Below, piece after piece: positions 9,514-17,439 of a stretch of DNA of 64,000 bases (positions within the stretch are counted from its first letter, which is position 1; the number at the start of each line of letters is the position of its first letter). Where the stretch lies: assembly GCA_022784465.1 (NCBI GenBank), contig JALFUR010000004.1:354372-418371 (forward strand), written 5' to 3'. The notes beneath the pieces are model-generated. The model did not search any database, was not told where the DNA came from, and was given only the letters and a program-made list of their open reading frames with translations. The DNA is from Christensenella sp. Lineage in GTDB: Bacteria > Bacillota > Clostridia > Christensenellales > UBA3700. The position numbers and the translations under genes were made by a program.

Positions 9514-10350
9514 TTATTCCGAAATAATTGAACTGAAATCAATTTCTTTTCCAATTAAATCAGGTTTTAATTCTATTTCCATTTCACTATGACCCTCTTG
9601 AGTGGCAGTTATCATTTGTTTAGACATCATTCTCAATAATGCTTCAAAAGTTGATATAACCTCACTTCTTGAAACATTCTTACCAAAAAATTCAAAAAAT
9701 CCTCTTTTTGGTTTTTCTTGTAAAAGCGATGCAACTTTTTTAACTTGGCTTTCAAGTGGATATTTATCTGGTTGAACCCTTTTTATTTTAATAGATTCAT
9801 CTTTCTCGTCAATTCTTAATAAAACTTGTCCAAATGCTTCTACCATATTATCTAAATTAAAGTTTTCTATAACGATAATAGCATCAGCATCTGTATATTT
9901 TGGTTTTCTATTAATTCTATATAATTTTTCTCTTGCTTTTAATTTTTCAACATTGCTTTTTACAATGTCGTAAATCATTAATCTTCTACGTAATTCATCT
10001 TCTGCAAATGAATCGTCTTCTTCCTCTTCTACGTCTATTATTTCTGGACGAACTAAAGCGTCTGCTTTTAATTTTAAAAGCAATGATGCAATTTTAATAA
10101 AATCTGAAGCAATTTCCGTATCTAGCTTTTCTAGAGTATTTAAATAAGCCACAAACTGATCAGTTACCAAATGAAGCGGAAATGTTTTTATATTATATTC
10201 AGATCCGTATTTTTCATTGTTTATAATCATGTTATACAATGTAGCAATTGGACCTTCAAAACTCTCAAAACTAATCAAAACATCATCAGATGGATGATAC
10301 TCAAAGATTTTATCTTTATTCTCAATTTGTTTAGCTTTTATTTCTTCCAT
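9514..10350 (-). CDS. scpA: Segregation and condensation protein A
   Basis: N-terminal FEGPIATLYNMI... kleisin motif, about 278 aa, immediately upstream of scpB. Confidence 0.8.
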   Translation of the reverse strand: MEEIKAKQIENKDKIFEYHPSDDVLISFESFEGPIATLYNMIINNEKYGSEYNIKTFPLHLVTDQFVAYLNTLEKLDTEIASDFIKIASLLLKLKADALVRPEIIDVEEEEDDSFAEDELRRRLMIYDIVKSNVEKLKAREKLYRINRKPKYTDADAIIVIENFNLDNMVEAFGQVLLRIDEKDESIKIKRVQPDKYPLESQVKKVASLLQEKPKRGFFEFFGKNVSRSEVISTFEALLRMMSKQMITATQEGHSEMEIELKPDLIGKEIDFSSIISE

Positions 10351-10354
10351 TTTT

Positions 10355-11071
10355 CTATATTGATACGCCTAAGATTAGCCCCCATAATTTATTAAATATT
10401 AATTGGGATAAATCATTAACCATTCCGAACAATGAATATCCTGATACAAGTTGTATTACATAATTTAAACCAATGAATATAATTAATGCATATCTTCCAT
10501 GTCTATACATAAAATCAACATATTTATTATTTGGTGTTGCCAATGTTTCTACAATTCTAAATCCATCTAATGGATACAAAGGCAACAAATTAAACACCAT
10601 TAAAACAATGTTTATTTGCATTGAAAAATAAAAGATATAAAGCACAAACTGCAAGAAATAAAACAATGCGTTTTTAGATGTAAAAGATAGTGGTGCTATA
10701 ATCTTAAGAAAAACAGCTAAGCATATTGATGCTAAAAACGCTTGCACGAAATTACACAAAACTCCAGCTGTTGAAGTCATAATCATACCTTTTTTATAAT
10801 CTTTGAAATTTCTAGAATCTATTGGAACAGGTTTTGCCCATCCAAATCCGCAAAACAATAGCATTAAAAATCCGATTAAATCTAAATGTTTAAGAGGATT
10901 TAAAGATAATCTGCCAGCATATTTTGCAGTCAAATCTCCATTATAATAAGCAGCATAACCATGCGCAATTTCATGTAAAATTATTGCAGACAAAATAGCA
11001 ATTAAATATGAAAACAATAAGACTATTGATTCCATATTTATTCCATTTCTTAAAATTATACTTGTTAGCAT
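10355..11071 (-). CDS. Site-2 protease family (M50) zinc metalloprotease
   Basis: HEIAHGYAAY (HExxH) in a TM helix and NLLPLYPLDG (NxxPxxxLDG) downstream. Confidence 0.8.
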   Translation of the reverse strand: MLTSIILRNGINMESIVLLFSYLIAILSAIILHEIAHGYAAYYNGDLTAKYAGRLSLNPLKHLDLIGFLMLLFCGFGWAKPVPIDSRNFKDYKKGMIMTSTAGVLCNFVQAFLASICLAVFLKIIAPLSFTSKNALFYFLQFVLYIFYFSMQINIVLMVFNLLPLYPLDGFRIVETLATPNNKYVDFMYRHGRYALIIFIGLNYVIQLVSGYSLFGMVNDLSQLIFNKLWGLILGVSI

Positions 11072-12394
11072 TTATTCCATCTCAACTTTTATAATATCGT
11101 TTCTTACCAAATCCTCATAAGTTTGAGGCTTAACAGCGTATCCGCTTTTTCCATTATTAACGAATATAACAGGTGGTAAAACGTTTCTATTATAGTTACT
11201 TGCCATTGAATAACAATATGCACCTGTTGTAAACACAGCTACAATGTCACCTCTATTTGCCTTTGGCAATTCAATATCTTTAATAATAATGTCTCCGCTT
11301 TCACAACATTTACCTGCAATAGTAACTATTTCTTCATTTTTATCGTTAGCCCTATTTGCAAGTATTGCTTCATATTTTGCATCGTATAAAGCCGGTCTAA
11401 TGTTGTCATACATACCGCCATCAATAGCCAAATATTTTTTAACACCTTTTATGTCTTTAATATTTCCAACTGAATATAAAGTTATACCAGCTTCTCCAAC
11501 TATACTTCTACCTGGCTCAATCATTAAATATGGCTTTTTGATATTTTTTGAATCTACTGCTTTTTGTAATGCATCTGCAATAGTCTCAACATATTCGCAG
11601 TATTGTTCAACATTGTATTTTGGATCACTTTCTGTATAGTATACAGCGTATCCTCCACCTAAATTGATTTCATCTACGATTATGTTTTCTTCAACTTGCA
11701 ATTTTTTAATATAATCTGTCATTACATCTACTGCTAAAGCAAATGCGTTTTTATCAAAAATTTGAGAACCAATATGACAATGCAAACCCTTAAATACAAG
11801 ATTCTTTGAAGCAATTACCTTTTTAATAGCTTCTAAACAATCTCCGTTTTTAAAAGAAAAACCAAATTTTGAATCAATTCTTGTTGTTTGAATATATTCA
11901 TGCGTATGAGCTTCAACGCCAGGATTTGATCTAATTAATACATTTTGTTTAACGTTATATTTATCACAAATCTTGTCAATCATATCTATTTCATCCAAAT
12001 TATCAACAACAATTGTTCCAATTCCATTTGAAATAGCTAAATCTAATTCTGATTCATATTTGTTATTGCCATGGAAATGTGCATTTTTTAAATCAAAACC
12101 AGCTTTTAATGCAGTATAAATTTCTCCTCCAGATACAACATCTACATGCATTCCTTCCTCTTGCATTACTGTATAAATTGCAGCACAACAAAAAGCTTTT
12201 GAAGCGTATGCACAATCGCCATATCCATAAACTTTTTTAATAGTCTTTGTATATGCTCGGCAAACGTTTCTTATGTATGATTCATCCATTACATAAAGAG
12301 GAGTTGAGTATTTTTTTACTAAATCTACTGTATCGCAACCACCAATTTCCAAATGGCCTTTTTCGTTAATTTTTAATGTATCCTTATAGTTCAT
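11072..12394 (-). CDS. lysA: Diaminopimelate decarboxylase
   Basis: 440 aa PLP fold-III decarboxylase with YASKAF, HCHIGSQ, EPGRSIVGEAG and CESGD motifs. Confidence 0.9.
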   Translation of the reverse strand: MNYKDTLKINEKGHLEIGGCDTVDLVKKYSTPLYVMDESYIRNVCRAYTKTIKKVYGYGDCAYASKAFCCAAIYTVMQEEGMHVDVVSGGEIYTALKAGFDLKNAHFHGNNKYESELDLAISNGIGTIVVDNLDEIDMIDKICDKYNVKQNVLIRSNPGVEAHTHEYIQTTRIDSKFGFSFKNGDCLEAIKKVIASKNLVFKGLHCHIGSQIFDKNAFALAVDVMTDYIKKLQVEENIIVDEINLGGGYAVYYTESDPKYNVEQYCEYVETIADALQKAVDSKNIKKPYLMIEPGRSIVGEAGITLYSVGNIKDIKGVKKYLAIDGGMYDNIRPALYDAKYEAILANRANDKNEEIVTIAGKCCESGDIIIKDIELPKANRGDIVAVFTTGAYCYSMASNYNRNVLPPVIFVNNGKSGYAVKPQTYEDLVRNDIIKVEME

Positions 12395-12434
12395 TTATGT
12401 TTTGTCCTTATTTTTTATATATAATAACGTAAAT

Positions 12435-12464
12435 ATTTTAACAAATCGCTTACGTTATAGTCAA
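12435..12464 (-). promoter_or_regulatory. Candidate sigma-A promoter for lysA
   Basis: Minus strand reads TTGACT-18 nt-TAAAAT inside the 82-nt ilvN-lysA gap. It overlaps a 9-bp inverted repeat, ATAACGTAA...TTACGTTAT. Confidence 0.4.
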
Positions 12465-12476
12465 TATGAGCCCTTT

Positions 12477-12950
12477 TTATTTAGCTAAAGCTAAAGCTCC
12501 TGCTCTACACATTTCTAATATTCCAAACTTCTTGGCATTTTCAATAAAGTTCTCTACAACAGATTGATCATCAACTATCTCAATAATAATTGTATCTTTT
12601 GTTGAAAAAACTGCATTAGCTTTAAATGATTCTACAAAAGCATCAATATCCTTTTTGTTTGAATAATTCAATTTAATTAGAACATGTTCTCTTAAAACTG
12701 AACTGTTTTCATCTAATAAAACAACGCTTTGAATATCATGCAATTTTCTCAATTGTTGTACAATTTGATTTTTTACATAATCATCGCCTGTTGCTACTAT
12801 TGTCATTCTTGAAAACTTAGGATCATCTGTTTCCCCTACGCTCAAGCTATCTATATTAAAACCTCTTCTAGCAAATAAACCAGAAACTCTATTTAAAACA
12901 GAGAAAATATTACTTACAAGTACACTTAAAATAAATTGATCTTTTTTCAT
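12477..12950 (-). CDS. ilvN: Acetolactate synthase small (regulatory) subunit
   Basis: 157 aa with an N-terminal ACT domain (LSVLVSNIFSVLNRVSGLFARRGFNIDSLSVGET). It lies directly after ilvB. Confidence 0.85.
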   Translation of the reverse strand: MKKDQFILSVLVSNIFSVLNRVSGLFARRGFNIDSLSVGETDDPKFSRMTIVATGDDYVKNQIVQQLRKLHDIQSVVLLDENSSVLREHVLIKLNYSNKKDIDAFVESFKANAVFSTKDTIIIEIVDDQSVVENFIENAKKFGILEMCRAGALALAK

Positions 12951-12954
12951 TTTT

Positions 12955-14616
12955 TTACCTCAACATAATATCATCAATTGTTCCATTTGGTGGAATCATT
13001 GGTAAAACTTGTTCATCCTTATCTAATATACAATCGATAATTGTAGGTCCAGAGATTTCAAAGGCTTCTGTTAAAGCTTTATCTAATTCTTCTTTATTAA
13101 ATACTCTAAATCCCTTTGCTCCAAATGCATCTGCAAGTTTTACAAAATCTGTTTGTCTATCTAATGTTGTTTGAGCATATCTCTTGTCGTAGAAAATTGT
13201 TTGCCATTGACGAACCATACCTAAAACACCATTATTCATAATAACAATAGTTAATGGGATATTTTGCTTAACAGCAGTGGCAACTTCATTTAGATTCATT
13301 CCAAAACTTCCATCACCCGTAAACAAAACTGTTCTTTGTCTATTGTTAGCTATACAGCCACCTATTGCAGCTCCCATTCCATATCCCATCGTTCCAAGGC
13401 CACCAGAAGATAAGAATGTATGAGGTTTTTCAAATTTATAATATTGAGCTACCCACATTTGATGTTGTCCAACATCAGTAGCAATAACTGTGTTTTCATC
13501 AGTATGCTTTTGAACTGTGTCAATTATATCTTTTGCATCAAAAGCATATTCTTTCTTGTATAAATTTGACTCGTTTGCATTGTAATCCTTAATGGTCTTA
13601 ACCCAATCCTCATTACAACGAGCAGTAACCTTTGGAAGCAATGCTTTTAAAATTTGCTTTGTATCCCCTATAACAGATGCATCTGTATTAATGTTTTTAT
13701 TAATTTCAGATGGATCAATATCTATATGCAAAACTTTAGCATGTCTTTTATATGCTTCTTTATTTCCTGTTGCTCTATCACTAAATCTAGCACCTATTGC
13801 AATAATTAAATCAGCATTATCGATAATTTTATTGCAAGCAAAACTTCCATGCATTCCTGACATACCTAAATTCATTTCAAAACTTGCAGGAATACTTGCT
13901 AAACCCATCATAGAACAAGCTACTGGTGCATTTATTTTTTTAGATAAGTCCATTACATATTTTCCTGCATTAGAAATAGAAACACCACCGCCACAATAAA
14001 TAACTGGTCTTTCAGCAGAATTAATCATATTTGCAGCATTTTTTATAGATGTTGAATCAGGCTTTTCTCCTTTTAAAACGCTTGTAAATCTTTCTGGAAT
14101 ATACTCAGCAATTGCTTTTTGAATATTCTTTGGAACGTCAATTAAAACAGGTCCAGGTCTTCCAGATTTAGCAATAGAAAATGCTTCACGAATAGTTGGA
14201 GCTAAATCTTCAACATTCTTTACAATAAAATTATGTTTTGTAATAGACATTGTCACGCCAAATATATCGACTTCTTGAAAACTATCTCTACCTAACAGAC
14301 TCATTGCTACATTACCTGTAATAACAACCATTGGAACTGAATCCAGATAAGCTGTTGCTATACCTGTGACTGTATTAGTAGCACCAGGACCAGAAGTAGC
14401 TATAACTACACCTACATCTCCTGTTACTCTTGCATAGCCATCCGCAGCATGTGTGGCTCCTTGTTCATGAGCTGCTAAAACATGATCTATTCTATCTTTG
14501 TTTCTATACAAAGAATCGTATATATCTAGTACAGCTCCACCAGGATAACCAAAAACGGTTTTACAACCTTGTTCGATTAAAGTTTCAACAATAATATCAG
14601 CGCCTTTAATTTTCAT
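12955..14616 (-). CDS. ilvB: Acetolactate synthase large subunit (ThDP-dependent)
   Basis: KGADIIVETLIEQG..., GYPGGA, the ThDP motif GDGSFGMNLNE and NNGVLGMVRQWQ. I trimmed the start to the ATG at 14616 (MKIKGAD), which follows GAAAGGA. The ORF-track start is an upstream GTG. Confidence 0.9.
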   Translation of the reverse strand: MKIKGADIIVETLIEQGCKTVFGYPGGAVLDIYDSLYRNKDRIDHVLAAHEQGATHAADGYARVTGDVGVVIATSGPGATNTVTGIATAYLDSVPMVVITGNVAMSLLGRDSFQEVDIFGVTMSITKHNFIVKNVEDLAPTIREAFSIAKSGRPGPVLIDVPKNIQKAIAEYIPERFTSVLKGEKPDSTSIKNAANMINSAERPVIYCGGGVSISNAGKYVMDLSKKINAPVACSMMGLASIPASFEMNLGMSGMHGSFACNKIIDNADLIIAIGARFSDRATGNKEAYKRHAKVLHIDIDPSEINKNINTDASVIGDTKQILKALLPKVTARCNEDWVKTIKDYNANESNLYKKEYAFDAKDIIDTVQKHTDENTVIATDVGQHQMWVAQYYKFEKPHTFLSSGGLGTMGYGMGAAIGGCIANNRQRTVLFTGDGSFGMNLNEVATAVKQNIPLTIVIMNNGVLGMVRQWQTIFYDKRYAQTTLDRQTDFVKLADAFGAKGFRVFNKEELDKALTEAFEISGPTIIDCILDKDEQVLPMIPPNGTIDDIMLR

Positions 14617-14683
14617 TAGTATCCTTTCATAATACACTTTGAATTTAACTAGATTTTTATTCTAAGTTAGATGTATCTATATT

Positions 14684-14719
14684 TAAAAAGCCTTGCGGTG
14701 ATTTTTCTTCGCAAGGCTT
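14684..14719 (-). terminator. Leader terminator (attenuator) upstream of ilvB
   Basis: Minus strand reads AAGCCTTGCG-12 nt loop-CGCAAGGCTT followed by TTTTT. It lies between the promoter (14850..14878) and the ilvB start. Confidence 0.65.
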
Positions 14720-14743
14720 GTTTCATTTCATTTCCTTATTCCG

Positions 14744-14821
14744 TTAAATCACCATAGAAGATTTAGACTTATAGACAAGTCCTAAAAACACCTTCACTAG
14801 CACTAGTACAGAATAATTCAT
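14744..14821 (-). CDS. Candidate ilv leader peptide (25 aa, MNYSVLVLVKVFLGLVYKSKSSMVI)
   Basis: AGAGGA lies 6 nt before the ATG at 14821. 9 of 12 consecutive residues are Val/Leu. The stop codon sits inside GGTGATTTAA, which is complementary to AAATCACC in the terminator loop and 3' arm. Confidence 0.45.
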   Translation of the reverse strand: MNYSVLVLVKVFLGLVYKSKSSMVI

Positions 14822-14849
14822 ACTCATTCCTCTTAATTAATTTATATAA

Positions 14850-14878
14850 AATATACTAATAAATAAAATAAAAGTCAA
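14850..14878 (-). promoter_or_regulatory. Candidate sigma-A promoter of the ilvBN leader
   Basis: Minus strand reads TTGACT-17 nt-TATATT about 25 nt upstream of the leader RBS. Confidence 0.5.
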
Positions 14879-14891
14879 GCATTTATCATAC

Positions 14892-15413
14892 TTATACAAA
14901 TAAATCTATTATATTTTTTATCAAAAAATTGTATCCTACAACTATTAAAAAATTTTCAACAATAAAACCCATTAAATAAAAAACTAGGTTGAATTTATAA
15001 TTTTTTGTCTTTATTTTTAATACAATAATTGCATAAATTAACATAAAATAAGCCGCAACTATAACAAGCATAGCATGCTTTACATCAAGTTCAATATTTC
15101 CTAGTAGCGAACTAATTTCTATGAACAATAAAAATGCAATATAGATTAGTGTTATAAAAAATATAAAAGTTCTTACTGTATTACATGATGAAACTAGCCT
15201 TTTTTTCTTGTTTTTTATATCTAATTGTTTAGTGGTTGTCTCTTCAATTAAAGTTATATTTTTTGTTGGCGGTGGCGCAAATTCTTTTTTAGAAAAAGTC
15301 TGCCCTGTAAAAATTTTATTTCCACAATTACGGCATTTTAAAATACCATCTACTCTATCTTCAATTTCTAACTGACCACCACATATTTTACAATTAAACA
15401 TCTCCTCTTTCAT
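14892..15413 (-). CDS. Zinc-ribbon membrane protein (N-terminal CxxC-x18-CxxC, 3-4 TM helices)
   Basis: The N-terminus CKICGG...CRNCGN is followed by a Pro-rich linker and hydrophobic helices. Its start overlaps the upstream stop (ATGA). Confidence 0.6.
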   Translation of the reverse strand: MKEEMFNCKICGGQLEIEDRVDGILKCRNCGNKIFTGQTFSKKEFAPPPTKNITLIEETTTKQLDIKNKKKRLVSSCNTVRTFIFFITLIYIAFLLFIEISSLLGNIELDVKHAMLVIVAAYFMLIYAIIVLKIKTKNYKFNLVFYLMGFIVENFLIVVGYNFLIKNIIDLFV

Positions 15414-15985
15414 TCTTTGTTTTCCTCTTTTTCGTCTGGCCCTTTAGTGTTATCTGTATTATTCGTTTCAAAAATAGCCATTAATTTATCTTCAGACAAA
15501 TCTGTAATGCCATATATTTTCGTATTTTCTAAAAACATTTTTTCTACTTCTACAAATGCATCATCCGCTTCTGTTAATATATCTTCAGTCTTTGTTTTTG
15601 TATTTAATAATTCATTAAGATAAATAGCAAGTTCTTTTTGATTTTTCAAATAATCAAAAGAACTAAGCGACTTAACTTTATTAACAATGATATTATCGTC
15701 GATTGCGTCTTTTAATCTATTCGTAAGTTTTATATTATATAAAACAAACATTCCACGCTTAATTAAACGTACTCTTCTATCATTTTCATTAGTAATCTTT
15801 TTAACCAAGAATATTTTGTCATATGTAGTATCTAATTTTTGACCTTCATCTATCATTGTTTTTATTTGTTCTGAAACTACTTTAATCTCGTCTTCGATTA
15901 ATTTTTCTTCTTTTTCTAATGAACAAATAGCATCTACGATTTCTTCTCTATCAATTTTTTCAAATTTTTTTCTTCTAAAGCACAT
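15410..15985 (-). CDS. Helical coiled-coil protein, possible ESCRT-III/PspA-like
   Basis: 191 aa with a basic N-terminus (MCFRRKK), long heptad-like helices and an acidic C-terminal tail. No catalytic motifs. The call is by architecture only. Confidence 0.35.
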   Translation of the reverse strand: MCFRRKKFEKIDREEIVDAICSLEKEEKLIEDEIKVVSEQIKTMIDEGQKLDTTYDKIFLVKKITNENDRRVRLIKRGMFVLYNIKLTNRLKDAIDDNIIVNKVKSLSSFDYLKNQKELAIYLNELLNTKTKTEDILTEADDAFVEVEKMFLENTKIYGITDLSEDKLMAIFETNNTDNTKGPDEKEENKE

Positions 15986-16323
15986 TATCTTAGCTCCTTG
16001 GCGTTTCTTTCTTTAATCCATATGTTGATTATATCAATCTCTTTTTCTATAATTTCACAGCTACTATTTTCGTCTTTTACTAGCATAATCTTTATATCTT
16101 CAATCTTTTGTTTAATTCTCTCATCTATCTTAGTTACTTTAGGATTCTTATAAGGCGATAAATACTGTAATTGATCTTTTATGTTTAATAGTTTTTCTTT
16201 AATATCCTCATCTTTAGACATTGCAATAAGCACGTCTATTTCTTGCGACGATAAAAGTATTAGTTCTCTATCTTCTAAAACAGACATTTCGTTTTCCTCA
16301 TTTTTTCGTTTAAAAAAGCACAT
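15985..16323 (-). CDS. Small helical protein of unknown function (MCFFKRK N-terminus)
   Basis: 112 aa, charged and helical. Its start immediately follows the SPFH stop (TAAATG), with GGAGGA encoded by the SPFH C-terminal Gly-Gly. Its stop overlaps the next start (TAATG). Confidence 0.5.
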   Translation of the reverse strand: MCFFKRKNEENEMSVLEDRELILLSSQEIDVLIAMSKDEDIKEKLLNIKDQLQYLSPYKNPKVTKIDERIKQKIEDIKIMLVKDENSSCEIIEKEIDIINIWIKERNAKELR

Positions 16324-17334
16324 TTATCCTCCTATTTTTGCTCCGCAATGCTTACAGAACATATCTCCTTTATTAACCAATTTATTGCAATTTGGGCACT
16401 TTTCTTTTTGCTTAAGAAGTTCATATCCACAAACAGAACAAAACTTAACTTCTTTAGTTATTTTAGCGCCGCAATTTGGGCACTCTTTATCATCCCCTGT
16501 AGCACCTTTCTTTTTATCTGCTGGCCACCCAACAACTCTGCAAACTTCTAGATATTTTGCATAATCTTCAACCTGCAATCTTCTCAAATCTAATTCTCTA
16601 TTGAAATTAATTTCATCCATTTTCGCTTTATTTTGAGCTTCTTTCATTCCGCGCTCATATTTAGCTTGTTCATTCTTTGCATCAGAGATCTTTTTAATAT
16701 CTTCATCGGTAATTATTATTCGTGAAATAGTGAAAGAAAAAATTTTTAATCCATAATCTGATTCAAACATTTTTTTGACATGAGGCAACAATTCTTTACT
16801 AATAGGAAGCAAAACCTCTCCTAATCTATCATAAGAGAGTTTTTTATCGTTCATTATATTGGCGATTTGAAATTGAACTTCAGCTAATAATCTACCTTGT
16901 AACCTATTTTTTAATTTTTCTGTATCAAATACTTCTTGGCTTCCTATAAGCTCTAAATATGCTTTTCTAGGATTAGAAATTTGCACCTCAAATTCTCCAG
17001 AAGCACCAAGTTTAATACTTACATTAGTAACGGGATCTCTCATTTCCCATTGAGTTGTAGTTCCCCAATAAATATTTAACTTAGCAGTTTTAGAAATAAA
17101 GATTATTTCGATACTTTCAGCATTACCTATTTCTTTAGCAAACTGGGAATGTTTTTTATCAAAGATATAATGTTTACCACTAGATAACGTGTCAAAAGCA
17201 ATACCATCTTTTATAATAATGGCATTATGAGTATCAGGAACAATAATTGCTGTTGAAGAAGAATAATCATCAACAACAATCTTTTTGAACAAAACATCAT
17301 TTTGTTCTTCACATTTAATTAATCGTACAGCCAT
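16324..17334 (-). CDS. SPFH/band-7 family protein of the YdjI (COG4260) type with two C-terminal zinc ribbons
   Basis: The N-terminal pattern LIKCEEQNDVLFKK...AIIVPDTHNAIIIKDG...GKHYI and IIFISKTAKLNIYWGT resemble B. subtilis YdjI as I recall it. The C-terminus has CPNCG..FCSVCG and CPNCN..FCKHCG. I trimmed the start to the ATG at 17334, which follows AAGGAGA. Confidence 0.65.
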   Translation of the reverse strand: MAVRLIKCEEQNDVLFKKIVVDDYSSSTAIIVPDTHNAIIIKDGIAFDTLSSGKHYIFDKKHSQFAKEIGNAESIEIIFISKTAKLNIYWGTTTQWEMRDPVTNVSIKLGASGEFEVQISNPRKAYLELIGSQEVFDTEKLKNRLQGRLLAEVQFQIANIMNDKKLSYDRLGEVLLPISKELLPHVKKMFESDYGLKIFSFTISRIIITDEDIKKISDAKNEQAKYERGMKEAQNKAKMDEINFNRELDLRRLQVEDYAKYLEVCRVVGWPADKKKGATGDDKECPNCGAKITKEVKFCSVCGYELLKQKEKCPNCNKLVNKGDMFCKHCGAKIGG

Positions 17335-17439
17335 ATATGTTCTCCTTAACATATTAATAGCTTCTTCGATCTGCCCTATTTTTCCCTAGAAAGTGCAAAT
17401 GCACAAAAATTTTCTTACTAGTTAAATAGTATTTAATTT

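Noticed and set aside
12395-12476. Lysine riboswitch (L-box) upstream of lysA.
   Set aside because: The gap is only 82 nt and is occupied by a promoter-like element and a simple 9-bp inverted repeat. That is far too short for an L-box.
14684-14880. T-box riboswitch upstream of ilvB, which is the usual Firmicute arrangement.
   Set aside because: The leader is only about 160 nt. I could find no GGTGGTACCGCG-like T-box sequence and no stem I AGAGA/specifier architecture. A BCAA-rich leader ORF explains the terminator better. A covariance-model scan is still needed.
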